Assembly (NCBI GenBank): GCA_965235115.1
Contig: OZ249436.1
Location: 13,208,001-13,272,000, forward strand
Reading direction: 5' to 3'
Origin: Laetmonice hystrix
Taxonomy: Eukaryota
DNA: 64,000 bases
Shown here: positions 40,501 to 53,333 of the stretch, piece by piece
Position numbering within the stretch: position 1 is the stretch's first letter
Layout of the letters: every line of letters starts with the position of its first letter
The notes under the pieces: model-generated
Told to the model about the DNA's origin: nothing
The model's input: only the letters and a program-made list of their open reading frames with translations
The model's database searches: none
Position numbers and translations under genes: made by a program

Positions 40501-41085
40501 TAAAAGTATGCAATTTCCTGAGAGCAAGACTGTCCAACATATCTGTGATGGGTCAACATTTCTTTCCGTTTCGTTAAAGCGTTTCCAGGTATTGAAGTTG
40601 GCACACAGCTTTAAGTTTAGAAAGTTAGAGAGCTGGAGCGATATGTATGACCACTAACAAGTAACATCCTAGTTAGCGGTTTATTTTTTGGCGAAGCAGC
40701 TCGCTGTGATGTTGAGCGATTGACATCTTGGCCCGGCTGATGTATCAATCCAACCTTTTTATATATTGGTCAGAAGTCGTGATTACACCGATAAAAATAT
40801 CGCCATCTATACTGGCTGACACGGACATGATCGATCACTCCTGTCATAACCGTTATTAACGCTGGCCTGATTTGAATGCCAGGACATCACTCCCCCTCCA
40901 GCAGGCTGACCTTTCCGAGTGAGGTCGAAAGGTTTGTGCCTTTCTCCAGGTGTTAACAGATGGGAAGCCACCAACATAGTGAGATCGTTAGCTGCAGAAC
41001 GTCTGTTATGACCTTGGAAAACGTGGTTGTATGTTGCCGACTGACCTGATTCGGATTGAGATATAATGGGATCAAATCGTAATCA

Positions 41086-41192
41086 GGACAGTTTGGTGGG
41101 ACAGTTTGGTGGGACAGTTTGGTGGGACAGTTTGGTGGGACAGTTTGGTGGGACAGTTTGGTGGGACAGTTTGGTGGGACAGTTTGGTGGGA
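41086..41192. repeat. 13-bp repeat (ggacagtttggtg), 8 copies
   Basis: Read directly. Confidence 0.95.
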
Positions 41193-41448
41193 TAATTCAT
41201 CCATGGTTTCTATACACAGACAATTCGACACCTGTCAGTGGCTGTTACTAGTCATTTATCATTTTGATATTCATAGACACACACCGGCACAACACCTTAA
41301 TCTCCGAATGATTACCTTGTACTTCTAGTCTGAAACGGTTCTTCAATTAAAACAGCGACATATAACTTGGCAAGACTGACGATGAGTTCTGTTATGACGA
41401 TACAAGGTCAGAGTCAGTTTTGAACGGGATAAAATGTCATTTATTCAA

Positions 41449-41452
<4 letters not shown>

Positions 41453-41521
<69 letters not shown>
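41453..41521. repeat. (GA)n microsatellite
   Basis: Read directly. Confidence 0.95.
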
Positions 41522-41522
<1 letters not shown>

Positions 41523-43592
41523 GCGATTGGCTCGATTTTCTAGTCTGTAAATCGTGGAAGTAAATATTCATTTCAGGAGATACGTATTCAAATTCACTGA
41601 TTCATCGATTGATTTACCGACTGATTTCAAATACGTTCCTCATATGATGATGCTAGATAATGATGGCGATGATGTGCGATGATGATGATGGTGTGAGTGA
41701 TTTGGAGGTTTCACGCCCTGTCGACAATATTTCAGTCATATTCAGGGCGATAGGAACTATTTAATTCAGTCAAGGGACCTACTTTAGCCCCGAGTTCCAG
41801 AGAGTGGGTGATGAGGACGAAGTGAGAAAGAAACCTGCCACCAGGAGGCACCTCCTACTCTTTATGAAAAATGGCAGGGGTTCATTTATATGCTGTCACG
41901 TAACAATGCCCAGTCGGGGAGCACTGGGGAGGGCCAGTGAGAAAAATGGTGCTGAAAGAATGAAAATCCATGCCACGCAGATGTTTTTGCAATCCGACAA
42001 CGGACCGCTTCAGCCTTTGTCGCCTTATTTTACGAAAGCCGTGGGTATAGAAATATAGATTTTTATAGTATGTTTTACTCTGGCTGTAAGACTGATTCAC
42101 ATGTATACATGTGATGTCCTCAACATGCAGTTTCTTCTGTGACCTCGGCTGTGGATGGGCCATATGTTCTCGGCTTCCTCGCGTGTATACCGTGCTTATC
42201 ACTGTGTGTGACGACAGAGGGATCGAATATAACAATAATATGATTTTGCTGGGCGTTCGCTCGGGCTTCAAACCAAAGGACAGCCTTCAAACCAAAAATG
42301 GCGGGCTTCAAATGAGCACAACGCCCAGCAAAATCATATTATTACTATTATTACCACTGCAGGAAATATCCCCAAAATGCTTTATTTAGTGATTAATTTT
42401 CAAAAATTTGAAAATTAAGTCCGGAACGTGCCCCAAGACCCCCTCCTCCTGAAGGGTGGCGGCCGAAGGCAGGTGGGACACGCCGACAGTACTTGGAATC
42501 TCACTCTTTCAGGGCTTAATAACTTGGCATCTCTGTTATTACCACTGCGATTATCCCAGACATCATGATTAAATGAATGTAAACGAACAACTTAGGCCTA
42601 GGGGGCCTAGTCCAGGCTCCGTCACTGAGTAAACAACGTCAAATCTTGGACACCCTGCGATAGGTGGGGCGATAGTGGTGTGTTCAATCGCGCCACCTAT
42701 CGGATGTAAACAACGTGAAAAGGGACGCACTTCAAACGGTCACACACACGCAGCCTTCAAAAAGGGACGACTTTCAAACGTCGTTTGAAGCCCGCCTCTT
42801 TCCATTAATGATTGGGGGAAGTGATGTGAACCTCTGGTAACACTGCACATAGTGGTAATAATGACTTATGTTATGAGGGTCTGTTATAGATGTAAAGTGT
42901 GTTAATCCCACTGTCGTTACGTTAATCCTAGCTATATTAATACCAACATGAGTTCAACCAACACTTTCTCTCCGTGGATACAGAATGTATTCTAGGGTTG
43001 AGTCGTTTGCACGTCTATGTCGAGAGATCAAGAACAGACAGAGTGGGTAACAGACTCGACATGTTAGAGGCCTGCAGCACGACTACCACTGGGCTGGTTA
43101 GTTGGGGTCGACTATTTTCGACAGCTGCACTGGCCAAGTGCCAGGGTATTATATACTCTTCCACAAGAAGCCACGGCCTATAGGAGTATACCTGGTCTGC
43201 ATTGACATGTATGATATTCAACCGTTGCAAAGGAGCACATTAATTGAGCAAATCATGTCGGTACAAAATGTACTACATAAAATCTGCCCTCAGTTTGGAC
43301 ATTAAACGTGTGGGATTAAATAAGCATTGTCTGATTCCGATACTCTGAGTCAGAATAGTGGGCAACCATTAACACCCCCCCCCCCCCCCGATTGTTTAAC
43401 GGAGACCGGCTCTGTAACCGTATTGTGACGTATTGTTCGTACACTAAAATAAAAATTATATTTCATTAATTCCCCGTCTGGTAGAAAACGCTTGCGGTCT
43501 ACATTTGCAATGTGACATTTCCCAAATTTTCTAGAAAAGAATTTCAGCTTGACAAACCACGACCGTTTCACGATGGAATAGTTAAAGAGTTA

Positions 43593-44492
43593 GGCTGAGT
43601 TCACATAGGAGTATACGGCACGGGTATACGGTGCACGTTTTGCAGGGCACGCGAATAGCTTAAATCGTACAATAGGATCTTATAATACCGGGTCACATCA
43701 GAGGGCACTATTCGAAAAGGCGTATAGTATAGTATAGTGGGAATCGTGCGTGTTCGATTTTAGTGCAGCGTATACCTTGGGGTGCCTGTGTTTAAAAGTT
43801 CAGCATTTACACAGTTCTTGATATTCTTTAACTAAATTTTCAGATCTAAGGGCCAATATATAGGGGTATTGACTCTGAAAATTTCAAAGAAATCAGTTCA
43901 AGGGGCACCTTTCAATTCATGTCGGGAATTAAGACACTGGCGGGCGTGACTCGCCGTGCCCGTATAGCGTCTAAGGCTGAGTTCACATAGAAGTATACGG
44001 TATACGGTATACGGTATTCGCTATTCGGTATTCGCTATACGCTATACGGGCACGGCGAGTCACGCCCGCCAGTGTCTTAATTCCCGACATGAATTGAAAG
44101 GTGCCCCCCTGCCCCTTCCCTTGAACTGATTTCTTTGAAATTTTCAGAGTCAGTACCCCTATATATCGGCCCTTAGATCTGAAAAGTTTGTTAAAAAATA
44201 TCAAGAAATGTGTAAATGCTGAACTTTTAAACACAGGCACCCCAAGGTAGACGCTGCACTAAAATCGAACACGCACGATTCCCACTATACTATACTATAC
44301 GCCTTTTCGAATAGTGCCCTCTGATGTGACCCGGTATTATAAGATCCTATTGTACGATTTAAGCTATTCGCGTGCCCTGCAAAACGTGCACCGTATACCC
44401 GTGCCGTATACTCCTATGTGAACTCAGCCTAGCGAATACCGAATAGCGAATACCGTATACCGTATACCGTATACTCCTATGTGAACTCAGCC
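43593..44492. mobile_element. PIF/Harbinger-like MITE containing an inverted copy of itself (inner copy 43975-44429)
   Basis: Terminus GGCTGAGTTCACATAG at 43593 and 43975; its reverse complement ends at 44429 and 44492; 43593-43969 is nearly the reverse complement of 44041-44429. Confidence 0.85.
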
Positions 44493-44522
44493 TAATGATT
44501 TCTTCTTTTCGCTAATTTTCAG

Positions 44523-45597
44523 AGGCGTACGAGACTCGCAGTCGACAGCGAGCCCACAGCCACAAAAGGTAGCACCCACCCCCCGTGGAGCGATGTCATC
44601 TACTGGTGGAGTGCATGATTTGTTCCGCGACATGTACGGCCAAACGTCTGGGTGTGCCGACGCCTACCGACCCGCCACTACCACCGACTCGCCCAACTTC
44701 TACTCCCGCCCTCCCCCTCCTGCCGCCCCGTCAGCCTTTAGTCCGGCACCGGTCACAATGCCAAACGTAAGACAAGTCCCCATTCAGGTCTTCAATGATC
44801 ACACAACTCCCCATTCAGTTTACAAAGCTGACTATCTACAACAGAAACCTGTAGAGCCAGAGTTCGTTGCTAGGGTGGAAGAGGACGCTTTAGTCCCGAC
44901 TCAATACTTCGTGGCCCAACGTAACGACCCGTACAATACCTTTGGTCGATCACCCATCGCGTCACCAGTGCCAGTGGGGCGGAGTGTCCCTAGGATGCCG
45001 CTCTCTTCCGTGTATGCCCCAGACTCTTCAAATCGTACTGCCTCTCCTTTCCAACCCTTGGACCCACATCAAAACCCCGCCACCAACCAATATTCACAAT
45101 CTGCCCTTTCACCGACTGTCTCCCCGAACCCTACTTACCCTCGAGTCAACCCTGGTTATCCCCAACCTCCTATGTCCTCCCCAGAGCCGTTCAGATCCGT
45201 GCCTCCTGCTCCTGCGTCTACACCCGTCACCCCAGGAACACGTCCCGGGTTCTCCACCAGGGCTCCTGTTCCGGGGACAAAGCCCTACTCTCCGCAACCA
45301 GACCCTCACGCTCCCCTGGTCAGACCTTCACCAACCTCCCCGTATTCCCCTGTCCGTCCGCTCGGTCCGGGGCCGTCACAGTTGTTCAGACCAATGCCTC
45401 TCGGCTCTGACGGGGCCGTGTTCGGTCAGGAGGAGGACCTGGGCCTACCCACCCCGCCCCCGGAGGCCCACGTCCCAGCGCCGGCTGACGGCACCGTGTC
45501 CTCTCCTACCACCCCGGGAACCCTGCCCCCTCCTCCCCCGCCACTGGCCACAAGGGACAAACCAGTCCACCCGACCAGGCCTGCCGCCGACTCTCAG
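44523..45597 (+). CDS. Gene B exon 3, long Pro/Ser-rich form (alternative phase-0 donor at 44568 gives a 46-nt form)
   Basis: gctaattttcag|A GGC GTA is in frame with ORF 44593; donor TCT CAG|gtaaaa. Confidence 0.8.
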
Positions 45598-45892
45598 GTA
45601 AAATGGGGGTTAGAACATTGTACTGGGACGCCTGTAGGACGTAGCTGGTGGCAGTTCTCAAATACAATGCTTCGACCCAAGAATTTAGTCCGTATCACCT
45701 AGATAATATAGGTAGGGTTTGCACAAGGCTCTGCACTAGGCAGCTTCCCTCTTGAGTTCCCATCTCATAGAGTAAGATAAACAGGCTAGTGACCTTTAAT
45801 TTCAGTGCCATGTTTGTAGGCTGATCCCTGCTAATAACGACCAAATCTAACGTCTTACATGGCATGCTTCCTTTATTTTGAACCCAGAGTGT

Positions 45893-45894
<2 letters not shown>

Positions 45895-45972
<78 letters not shown>

Positions 45973-46011
45973 GATAGAGACAGACAGAGACAGAGAGAGA
46001 GGGGAGAGAGA
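45895..46011. repeat. GA/GACA compound microsatellite
   Basis: Read directly. Confidence 0.9.
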
Positions 46012-46333
46012 TTTCCTTCCATATTGCTTAATAGCCTTTGCTTTTCGTTTTAATATTAGCATGCACAGTAAATGGATGTCCAGTTTATAAAATACGTTTA
46101 ACAACAGTTGCAAAATGTTTTGATCAAAATAAAAGATCTTTTTAATTGGAGATTTATGTCACAGGTACAATGTGCATTATGTATAGCCTACTTTTAAAAT
46201 ATAGTATCCCTCGTAAGTAATGTAATAATGTCAGACAGACCCACAAAGTCGAACCACAGATCATCATACACTTAGTACACCATTGGTTAAACGACCGTGC
46301 ATATGTGTATACCGTTGTATCTGACCTCTCCAG

Positions 46334-46725
46334 TATGCAACGCGGCTAAACCAACAACTGACCAAGATGAATTTAGACAACGCCCCGGACACACCATCTA
46401 ACTACGGTGGCCACAGTAGCCCTGGCGGCTACAACCCGTACAGCCCGACAGCGACCAACTACTATGACCAATACGCTAGCCCGCCGTCTCCCCCGGCCCT
46501 CTCCTCTCCGAACATCTACTCCAGTCCCTCGCAGATGGCGCCACCGATGGCCCCTCCTCTGCCGCCCGTCCAGCAGCCGTTATACCGGTCCGCTCCCACA
46601 CCTCCACCCGTCATGCCGGATGCCGTGCTCAACATGGCCGCCAAAGGAGCACCGGATAAAAAACCCTGGGCCTACGCTCCTGACGCCAGCATGCTGAAGG
46701 AACACCGTGATCGTGTCCGCCGAAG
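46334..46725 (+). CDS. Gene B exon 4 (392 nt, phase 0 to 2)
   Basis: cctctccag|TAT GCA ... CGA AG|gtaagc; YATRLNQQLTKMNLD...PDKKPWAYAPDASMLKEHRDRVRR. Confidence 0.88.
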
Positions 46726-48041
46726 GTAAGCATGCCGGTTTCCATTACAGAGATCAGCAGCAGGAGCAATCCTCTATCACCAGGAGCTCACCGGACACCA
46801 TACAATGTATACGGTCATACGGTTTATGAGCTAATCATGAGTGGGTATATTCATGGGTTTGAATATACAGGACTTATCCGTGAGATAATACTACAGTTCC
46901 CTTCGACTTCTGCACCTGCTAAAACACAGCAAGGGGCAAGCGCGTCTTCAACATACATCATGATACATACATGCTCAAAAACAATGCACCTTGAAAGCCA
47001 AACACGTTCAGACTTACTCTCTAACAAAGAACAACAGTGGCCCATTTTGGAAGATATTCGGACAGCCTAGTCTAACCTCTTAAACACGTCCATGCTTACT
47101 GCCTGGTTTTACATGGCCTTATCTAATACAAAAATGCAATCCTGTGTACACCGTTTTTGAGGATGCTTTTAGGTCCATGCTTTGTGCTCTCCGTTTTCTG
47201 GGTTATAGAGTAAACAAAGTTGATGTATAATGTTGCCTGGTAGAATTATTTTGGAATAGTTAACATACTCGAGAAATGTTGGAGTAGGCTTACTATAGAC
47301 AAATAATCTTGTGGCAATCATTACTGATAATTTAACAACAAAGGGCTGTAATCTCACAATAATGTTAATCCAAGATTTTTCAGTAACAATCCAGTTGAAT
47401 TTCTGTGTTCGTTATTAGCGTTTAATTCATATCCTTTTATATTCCGGTACAATACCTTACACTTTCCACATTTTCCGTATTTTCCACACGACACTCAATG
47501 CACGGCATGTTTTCACTTGACAAGTTTAGAATATATCGATCAGTATGCAACTGAATAGCTGACCTTGCCTCAGTGTGCCTGATTAGTCTGCTACCTGCTA
47601 TATGATATCACGCTTAGCTTACAGGTTATGTAGAATGATATCTACGAATCTGTGTCGAGCCCGAATATCATTTTGCACCAAATAATTTTAAAATTCCAAG
47701 AGTTCATATAAGGTTTTCTTTCGCATCAGGATGCTTCTAATGTGCAATTATTAGAAACTTCCAAAATGGTCAAAAGACGTGTGTTCATGTGATCCAAATT
47801 TTGTTTTGAACGGTATCTGTTCGCAACCCTTTTTGAGATTACTACATCGATTATATGAAGATCTACAGATCCCCTCCTTCCATAGCTATCTTTCGGTTAA
47901 CTGATTACCGAAGAACAAGTCGTGCATTTAGAGCCGTCCGTCCGTGGATTTGTTCCGGTGTGATTGTGTGTCATTTTCTGTCCTTAACGCTCACAGCATT
48001 TTGTGTGTACCCTAATCACTGAGAAGATGCTCTTCTTGCAG

Positions 48042-48293
48042 AGGTGCAGGGTCATTGCCTAAGTATCAAAACCTGCTAAACATGCCGAGTTTTGAGACCT
48101 CACCACCTCATCCTCAGCACAGAGCTCCGACCCAACCGACGTCACCTCCGGCCTACTACGCTGGGCCGGAAGGAGCTACAGTTGCGCATGCGCAATATAA
48201 TTCCCCCCTTAACCTCTACACGGACGAGAACGTTAGCGATGCTTTTGCAGGTCAGACTGGGGGAGAGGTCACCGCCCTCAGGAGCGGTCAAGG
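48042..48293 (+). CDS. Gene B exon 5: ZM motif (252 nt, phase 2 to 2)
   Basis: ttcttgcag|A GGT ... CAA GG|gtatgt; GATVAHAQYNSPLNLYTDENVSDAFAGQT. Confidence 0.92.
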
Positions 48294-50233
48294 GTATGTG
48301 AAAACGAGGCTTCGTGTAGAATTAAGGTTTTGTCTCGTTCTTGTCATGTGATACCCAAAGCGAACGTTAATTATGAATGTTGAAACTGTAAAAGTTCTGT
48401 TTTAGGCATGAAATGACACAAGATCGACTTGTGTAGGCCTATAGATTAGTCGTTGGAAAACTAAAGGCAATGGAAAGTATCATGGATATGGATTTGTGAG
48501 CCTCGTTCTCACCAGTGTTAACTGCCTCGTGTGTTGTTCACTGTGACCAAGTGGATTGTTTCTTCCTTTTTTTTTAAATTTCGCATTTATTTCGCATTTA
48601 TTAGAATTTGAACTATTAGCCTATTTAAATTACGCTGAGATTACTGTGATATGGCCAAGATGCAATATTTTCTTATTGCACTCACGTCAAATCGACATTA
48701 TTGGTCACCGCGAACTACAGTGAAAATTATTTACAATAGCAGAACCGTAAAATCCTGATAGATTTAGTCGAAGTTGCCCTAATACTTTTCCCTGTGTATG
48801 GATCTATCCTTGCCGGATATACCCGACAAAAAACGACCTGCTTTGCTTACATTCACCCTTTCGACAACTCTGTCGCCTCTACTAACCTTTGTTGAATGAT
48901 GTCACCTTCAATGAACACACTTCCATTGATGAAACACAATACGGAACCATGATGACACCCACCACGCCCACTGTGAACACCCTCGCTCTGTGACACCAGA
49001 ATATGAAACTATTGAAAGCCAGTGGTATGAGTGTCCACGTTAGCTCGTTATTGTGTCCACAATCATATGATGTATTCCCACCAATGTGATATTCCGTCGA
49101 GAAGTTACGAAGTTACGACACAGGATTTCTTCTTTCTATCAATGGAATCATGGTTGTTATTTATTCTTTGTTCCATGGCTGTCATCAAGACAATATCGGT
49201 AACTACTTATACCGTTTCTCATAACAAGATGTCTCATTTGGAGAATGGTGTATTCGTGAGAAAAGTTTGGGTATTCAGACTTTTTTTGAGCCTTTGTGAA
49301 TTTAATATTATTTTAGCTATTGTTTTAGTTATATTCTTCTTTTTAGCGACTTCTTTTTAGCAATGTCTCTAACTGCTTCATGCAGATTCCAATGTGCACG
49401 TCATAGAGGAAGCATTTTCGTTATTTTCTTTAGGAAAGTGCAGTAAAGCCATGATATAATGATGATGCTTTGCAAGAAATATCCAACAAATCTTACTTTA
49501 ATTTTACGTAGAAAAGAAACGTTTACAGAAGTTTTGCCTCGGTGTAAAATCTAATCTGAGATCCCCATGATTCTGACAGAATCAATATTCAGGCAACCCC
49601 TTTCTAAGGTGTTGCTACTTTTGGTAAGTTATCGAGAGCATCATGAATAAAATCCGATATTTTTGTAAATGAATCAAATTGCAATGTAAATCCTAAGACT
49701 GAAGGATATCGTTGATATCTAACCATGTTACCGGTACTCCACTGAAATCATTGAAGTCACTCGTCTCCCATAGCTACTATACTAATAGGGTTGGCCTATT
49801 TGGACCTCATGGAAATGTTGATACTGTAAGCCTAGGCCTACTATTATGTGCACAACCTCGTCATTTTTATATATTTAAGATGTAGGCCTATTATTGTGTT
49901 CTGTCTCGCTGTAGTTAACCGTTACCTGTTGATGATTCAGAATGCATTACGTACATGAATTTGGTGTTCATTTTTGTTCAGACCCCCATTTTTTGCCTGA
50001 ACTAGACATTTAGTTAGCCTACTTTGGTTGTACGTATTCTACACAGTTGATACTTCATTTTGCTTTTGAAAATATATGACTGACATATAGATATGACATC
50101 GAGATCAAATTTACAAAAAAGATAGACGCCGACGTAATTTAAGGGGGCAGAGAACGCACCTCGGTTTCCTAAATCAGAATTATTCGTGTTTGTAATGTTA
50201 TATAATCTTGATTGCCATTATATTCGTTTGTAG

Positions 50234-50331
50234 GAAACCAAGTGGGCCTGACATAACACAATCGCCCGTCTACAAAATGATCCACGGATTAGACGAGCCA
50301 CAGCAGAGACCGCAGCGACCAGCACCGGAAG
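50234..50331 (+). CDS. Gene B exon 6: first half of an ALP-like motif (alternative in-frame donor at 50721)
   Basis: tttgtag|G AAA CCA ... GAA G|gtactc; KPSGPDITQSPVYKMIHGLDE resembles the SxVYKML motif of PDLIM1/3-type proteins. Confidence 0.8.
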
Positions 50332-51294
50332 GTACTCCAGTCTCGAACGACGCATGCGTGTCTGAACCCTTTAGTGACCCCACTAACACAAACAGTCTTG
50401 ACGTCTGCTGCGATAACAGTCCCAGTTGTGAGAGCCCTACGAGTTTAACCATCAACAAAGTACGGTTGAGCCCAGTGAACCCCATCAGTCCTATCCCCGG
50501 ACAGGTCCGACAGGGACTGTCCTTTTATCTCCTCAAGTGTTTGTATGACTCGGACGAATCAGACCAGGAAGCTCCGACTCGCCGGTATTCCGGTTCCGGG
50601 TCAGTGTCACCCACCAGTTCCGTTCCTTCCAATACCGGGACGTGTACGGACACGGCGAGTGATGGCAGTCTGTCTCCTACGTCATCAAACACGTGGTCTG
50701 CACGCAACGCACGTTCTAAAGGTAGGCTCGAATCCTAGCAACAATGAAACGGGAAACTGCATTTCTCTTCATGAAGCAGTAGTTTGGGGTCAGCTATTGG
50801 CGTGTTACGGCGCAGAAGACAAGGTCGTTATCTGATGATGTATTTGCTTTATTCCGACTGAATGAAAAGGCAGTCCCAGGCCAGAGGTGAGACGTCACCC
50901 CATGCGTTCCCGTTTTGTGATCCTCTGTTGTGTTACAATTTTGTTTGATTATAACAGCATTCTGTAGTCAGTTCAGTGACATTTTTTTAGAACTTCTCTA
51001 AAGTAAAGGAATGCAGTGTTCTGGGTGTGCTAATGTTTCACGCATGTCATTGGCTGTTTTCAACCTTAGCAGTCTACCGCACGACTGCATGGTTCTCTTA
51101 TTTATTTTGTGTGTGGTAGATATCTGTTGCTAGGAGTTATCAATTAGTAACCGGTTCATTCAAAATTTATCTATAGATTGACTAGTTGATAAAAATGTAA
51201 ATAGAATCTATCCTTTCCAGCGTGGAGGATAGTTCTTTAAAAGTTCATTTGTCATCGACAGAACCTTAATAGCCTAATATTGAATGTGGCTGAG

Positions 51295-51538
51295 TAAGTG
51301 GAACTAATTTATATTTACCGTCCCAATGTCCCAGGATATGGCCTGTACCCTGATTAAGTGAAACTATAATCTATGTTTACCGTCCCAATGTCCCAGGATA
51401 TGGCCAGTACCCTGCTTAAGTGGAACTATAATCTATGTTTACCGTCCCAATGTCCCAGGATATGACCAGTACCCTGATTAAGTGGAACTATAATCTATGT
51501 TTACCGTCCCAATGTCCCAGGATATGGCCAGTACCCTG
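51295..51538 (+). repeat. 62-bp tandem repeat, 4 copies, containing the exon 7 acceptor
   Basis: tttaccgtcccaatgtcccag|gatatg recurs with AG ends at 51334, 51396, 51458 and 51520. Confidence 0.95.
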
Positions 51539-51691
51539 TGCGCCAACCCTCAGCAGACGATGAGCTCTCGTTCAGCGGTGTTCGCAGCGACACCTATGAT
51601 CACATCCCGTCAAGGGCCTTCCACAAGCTGCAGTCTTTGACCGGTGGGAGTGAGATTGACAGGTCATCGATTCGGCAGGCGGTTTCCGGCG
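51521..51691 (+). CDS. Gene B exon 7 (171 nt, symmetric phase 1)
   Basis: GYGQYPVRQPSADDELSFSGVRSDTYDHIPSRAFHKLQSLTGG...VSG then G|gtaaga. Confidence 0.85.
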
Positions 51692-52819
51692 GTAAGAATA
51701 ACCTGACAATGTTACGAGTCTTTGTGATGATATTCTCATTTGGATGTTGTCACGTTTATTATTTTTACTATGAGCATGTTACCAAGTACCCTACCGAATA
51801 GCTGCCATGTATAATGGTATCTAATTGTCAACCATGTATCCAGGTAACTCGAAAATATGCGGTATTTAGGCTACCGGATAGTTATTTCAACGATAGCGTT
51901 CCTTTAAGGCCTGAATCCTCACAATCTCTGACCATTTAAGGCTTCAATGCTTCATTTTAAATATCGCGCTATAAATTGGCACTTGCTCAGTATTAGTATA
52001 TACAGGCCTACATACATTAATAACTATTGGTGCCAACATCTAGCCAAATCTTTTCTACAAGCTCGCACTACTTTTGCTCTGATTCTCGCCTAGATGATAT
52101 GACGGCCTGCATAGTTGTACGTAATGCTTCGAGAATACCTAACATTCGACATGCTTGTAGATATAGAAATTATAGCCATAGATTTAGATAGAACAAAATT
52201 ACACACATTATACAATTTACATCAGTTTGGCACATCTAATTCGTAGTGTTGTGACAAAGAAGTGATGTAATGTTTGACCAATTCGGTTGAATCAAAAGGA
52301 CCAATTCTCGGATTGTCGGAGGGCCTACCTATCAATAATGTCACTTTGCAAACTTTACGTGTGCGCGAATCATCAGGTCATGAAGTTCCAGTCTGGAGCG
52401 CCTTGATATTCGGAAACGCTACCGTCATTCTGTCATCAAAATTACTACAAATTGTATAGGTCTATGTATGGGGAATCGCATGAGGGATTAGAGTCATTCT
52501 ACTGATTTTTTTCTTTTGCCCAGTAGTGACCATTCTCCTTGTACAGCCCCGTCATTTCTCCCAGTTGTCTAAAACTAACAGAAGACTGTTATTATGATCA
52601 GAAACCTGCCTAGTAGTTGTATAACATGCTAATTACTGTGTTATGACCGACCCTTACTCCAAACTTAACCATTTATTGATTCTTTAAGTTTAACTTATCT
52701 ATAACATACATCTAGACTAATAACCGCCGTCACGAGTCCACTGGACTGCTTTGATTGATCACGTGACGTATGGTGGCGCTTGCTATTGGTTGATGGCTAG
52801 AGAAATGGGTCACTTGCAG

Positions 52820-52939
52820 GCGATGACGATGTCGACAATTATAGCGACGGTCCCATTCGGTATCGTGGTGGAAGCATCCCTTCCAGATCTTTCCGTATGT
52901 TGCAGTCTATGACAGGGTCGGAGAATGACCCAATACCAG
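52820..52939 (+). CDS. Gene B exon 8 (120 nt, symmetric phase 1; absent from the ORF track)
   Basis: cacttgcag|GC GAT ... CCA G|gtgagg; DDDVDNYSDGPIRYRGGSIPSRSFRMLQSMTGSENDPIP. Confidence 0.88.
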
Positions 52940-53333
52940 GTGAGGGGGCGCAGGGGCCGGCATGACTTCCGCCCACTGGCAGCGACTCTTCATCCTCGCC
53001 ACCTGCCCTCCGGGATATTCTTTTTCCCCAGTTTCTATTTATGGGTTTTACACTATCTCCCGTTCGTTTTCCAGTTAAAATACAGTGAAAATATAGTAAA
53101 GGGAGATAGAGGCCCATACAAGGTCTTTATATTAGCATGCTTATTCTCTAAGGCAGTGAGGTATCAGCCACTAGGCTATATCCATATTACGAATCTTAGT
53201 ACAGTCTACTTCACAGGATAATGCCTAAATATAACAGTAGACTAATAAATTAAGGAGCAAACTTTGTCATGATCCGAAATTTGAAACTCGTACTGTCTAT
53301 CTTTGTTCTCAGACCTGTCTGTTATGGTTGCAG

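Noticed and set aside
36200..40660. Several short ORFs with protein-like composition around gene B exon 2
   Set aside because: No motif I can recognise and frequent stops; possibly decayed transposon or viral sequence, which needs BLASTX.
41693..42000. SINE-like segment starting gtgagtgatttggaggtttcacgcc
   Set aside because: Only a vague resemblance to invertebrate SINE tails; no A/B boxes or target duplication confirmed.
42233..42343. About 24-bp perfect inverted repeat (aataatatgattttgctgggcgtt)
   Set aside because: Most likely a tiny MITE remnant, far from any exon.
48900..49025. Possible extra gene B exon ending CAG TG|gtatga
   Set aside because: No acceptor gives an open phase-2 frame.
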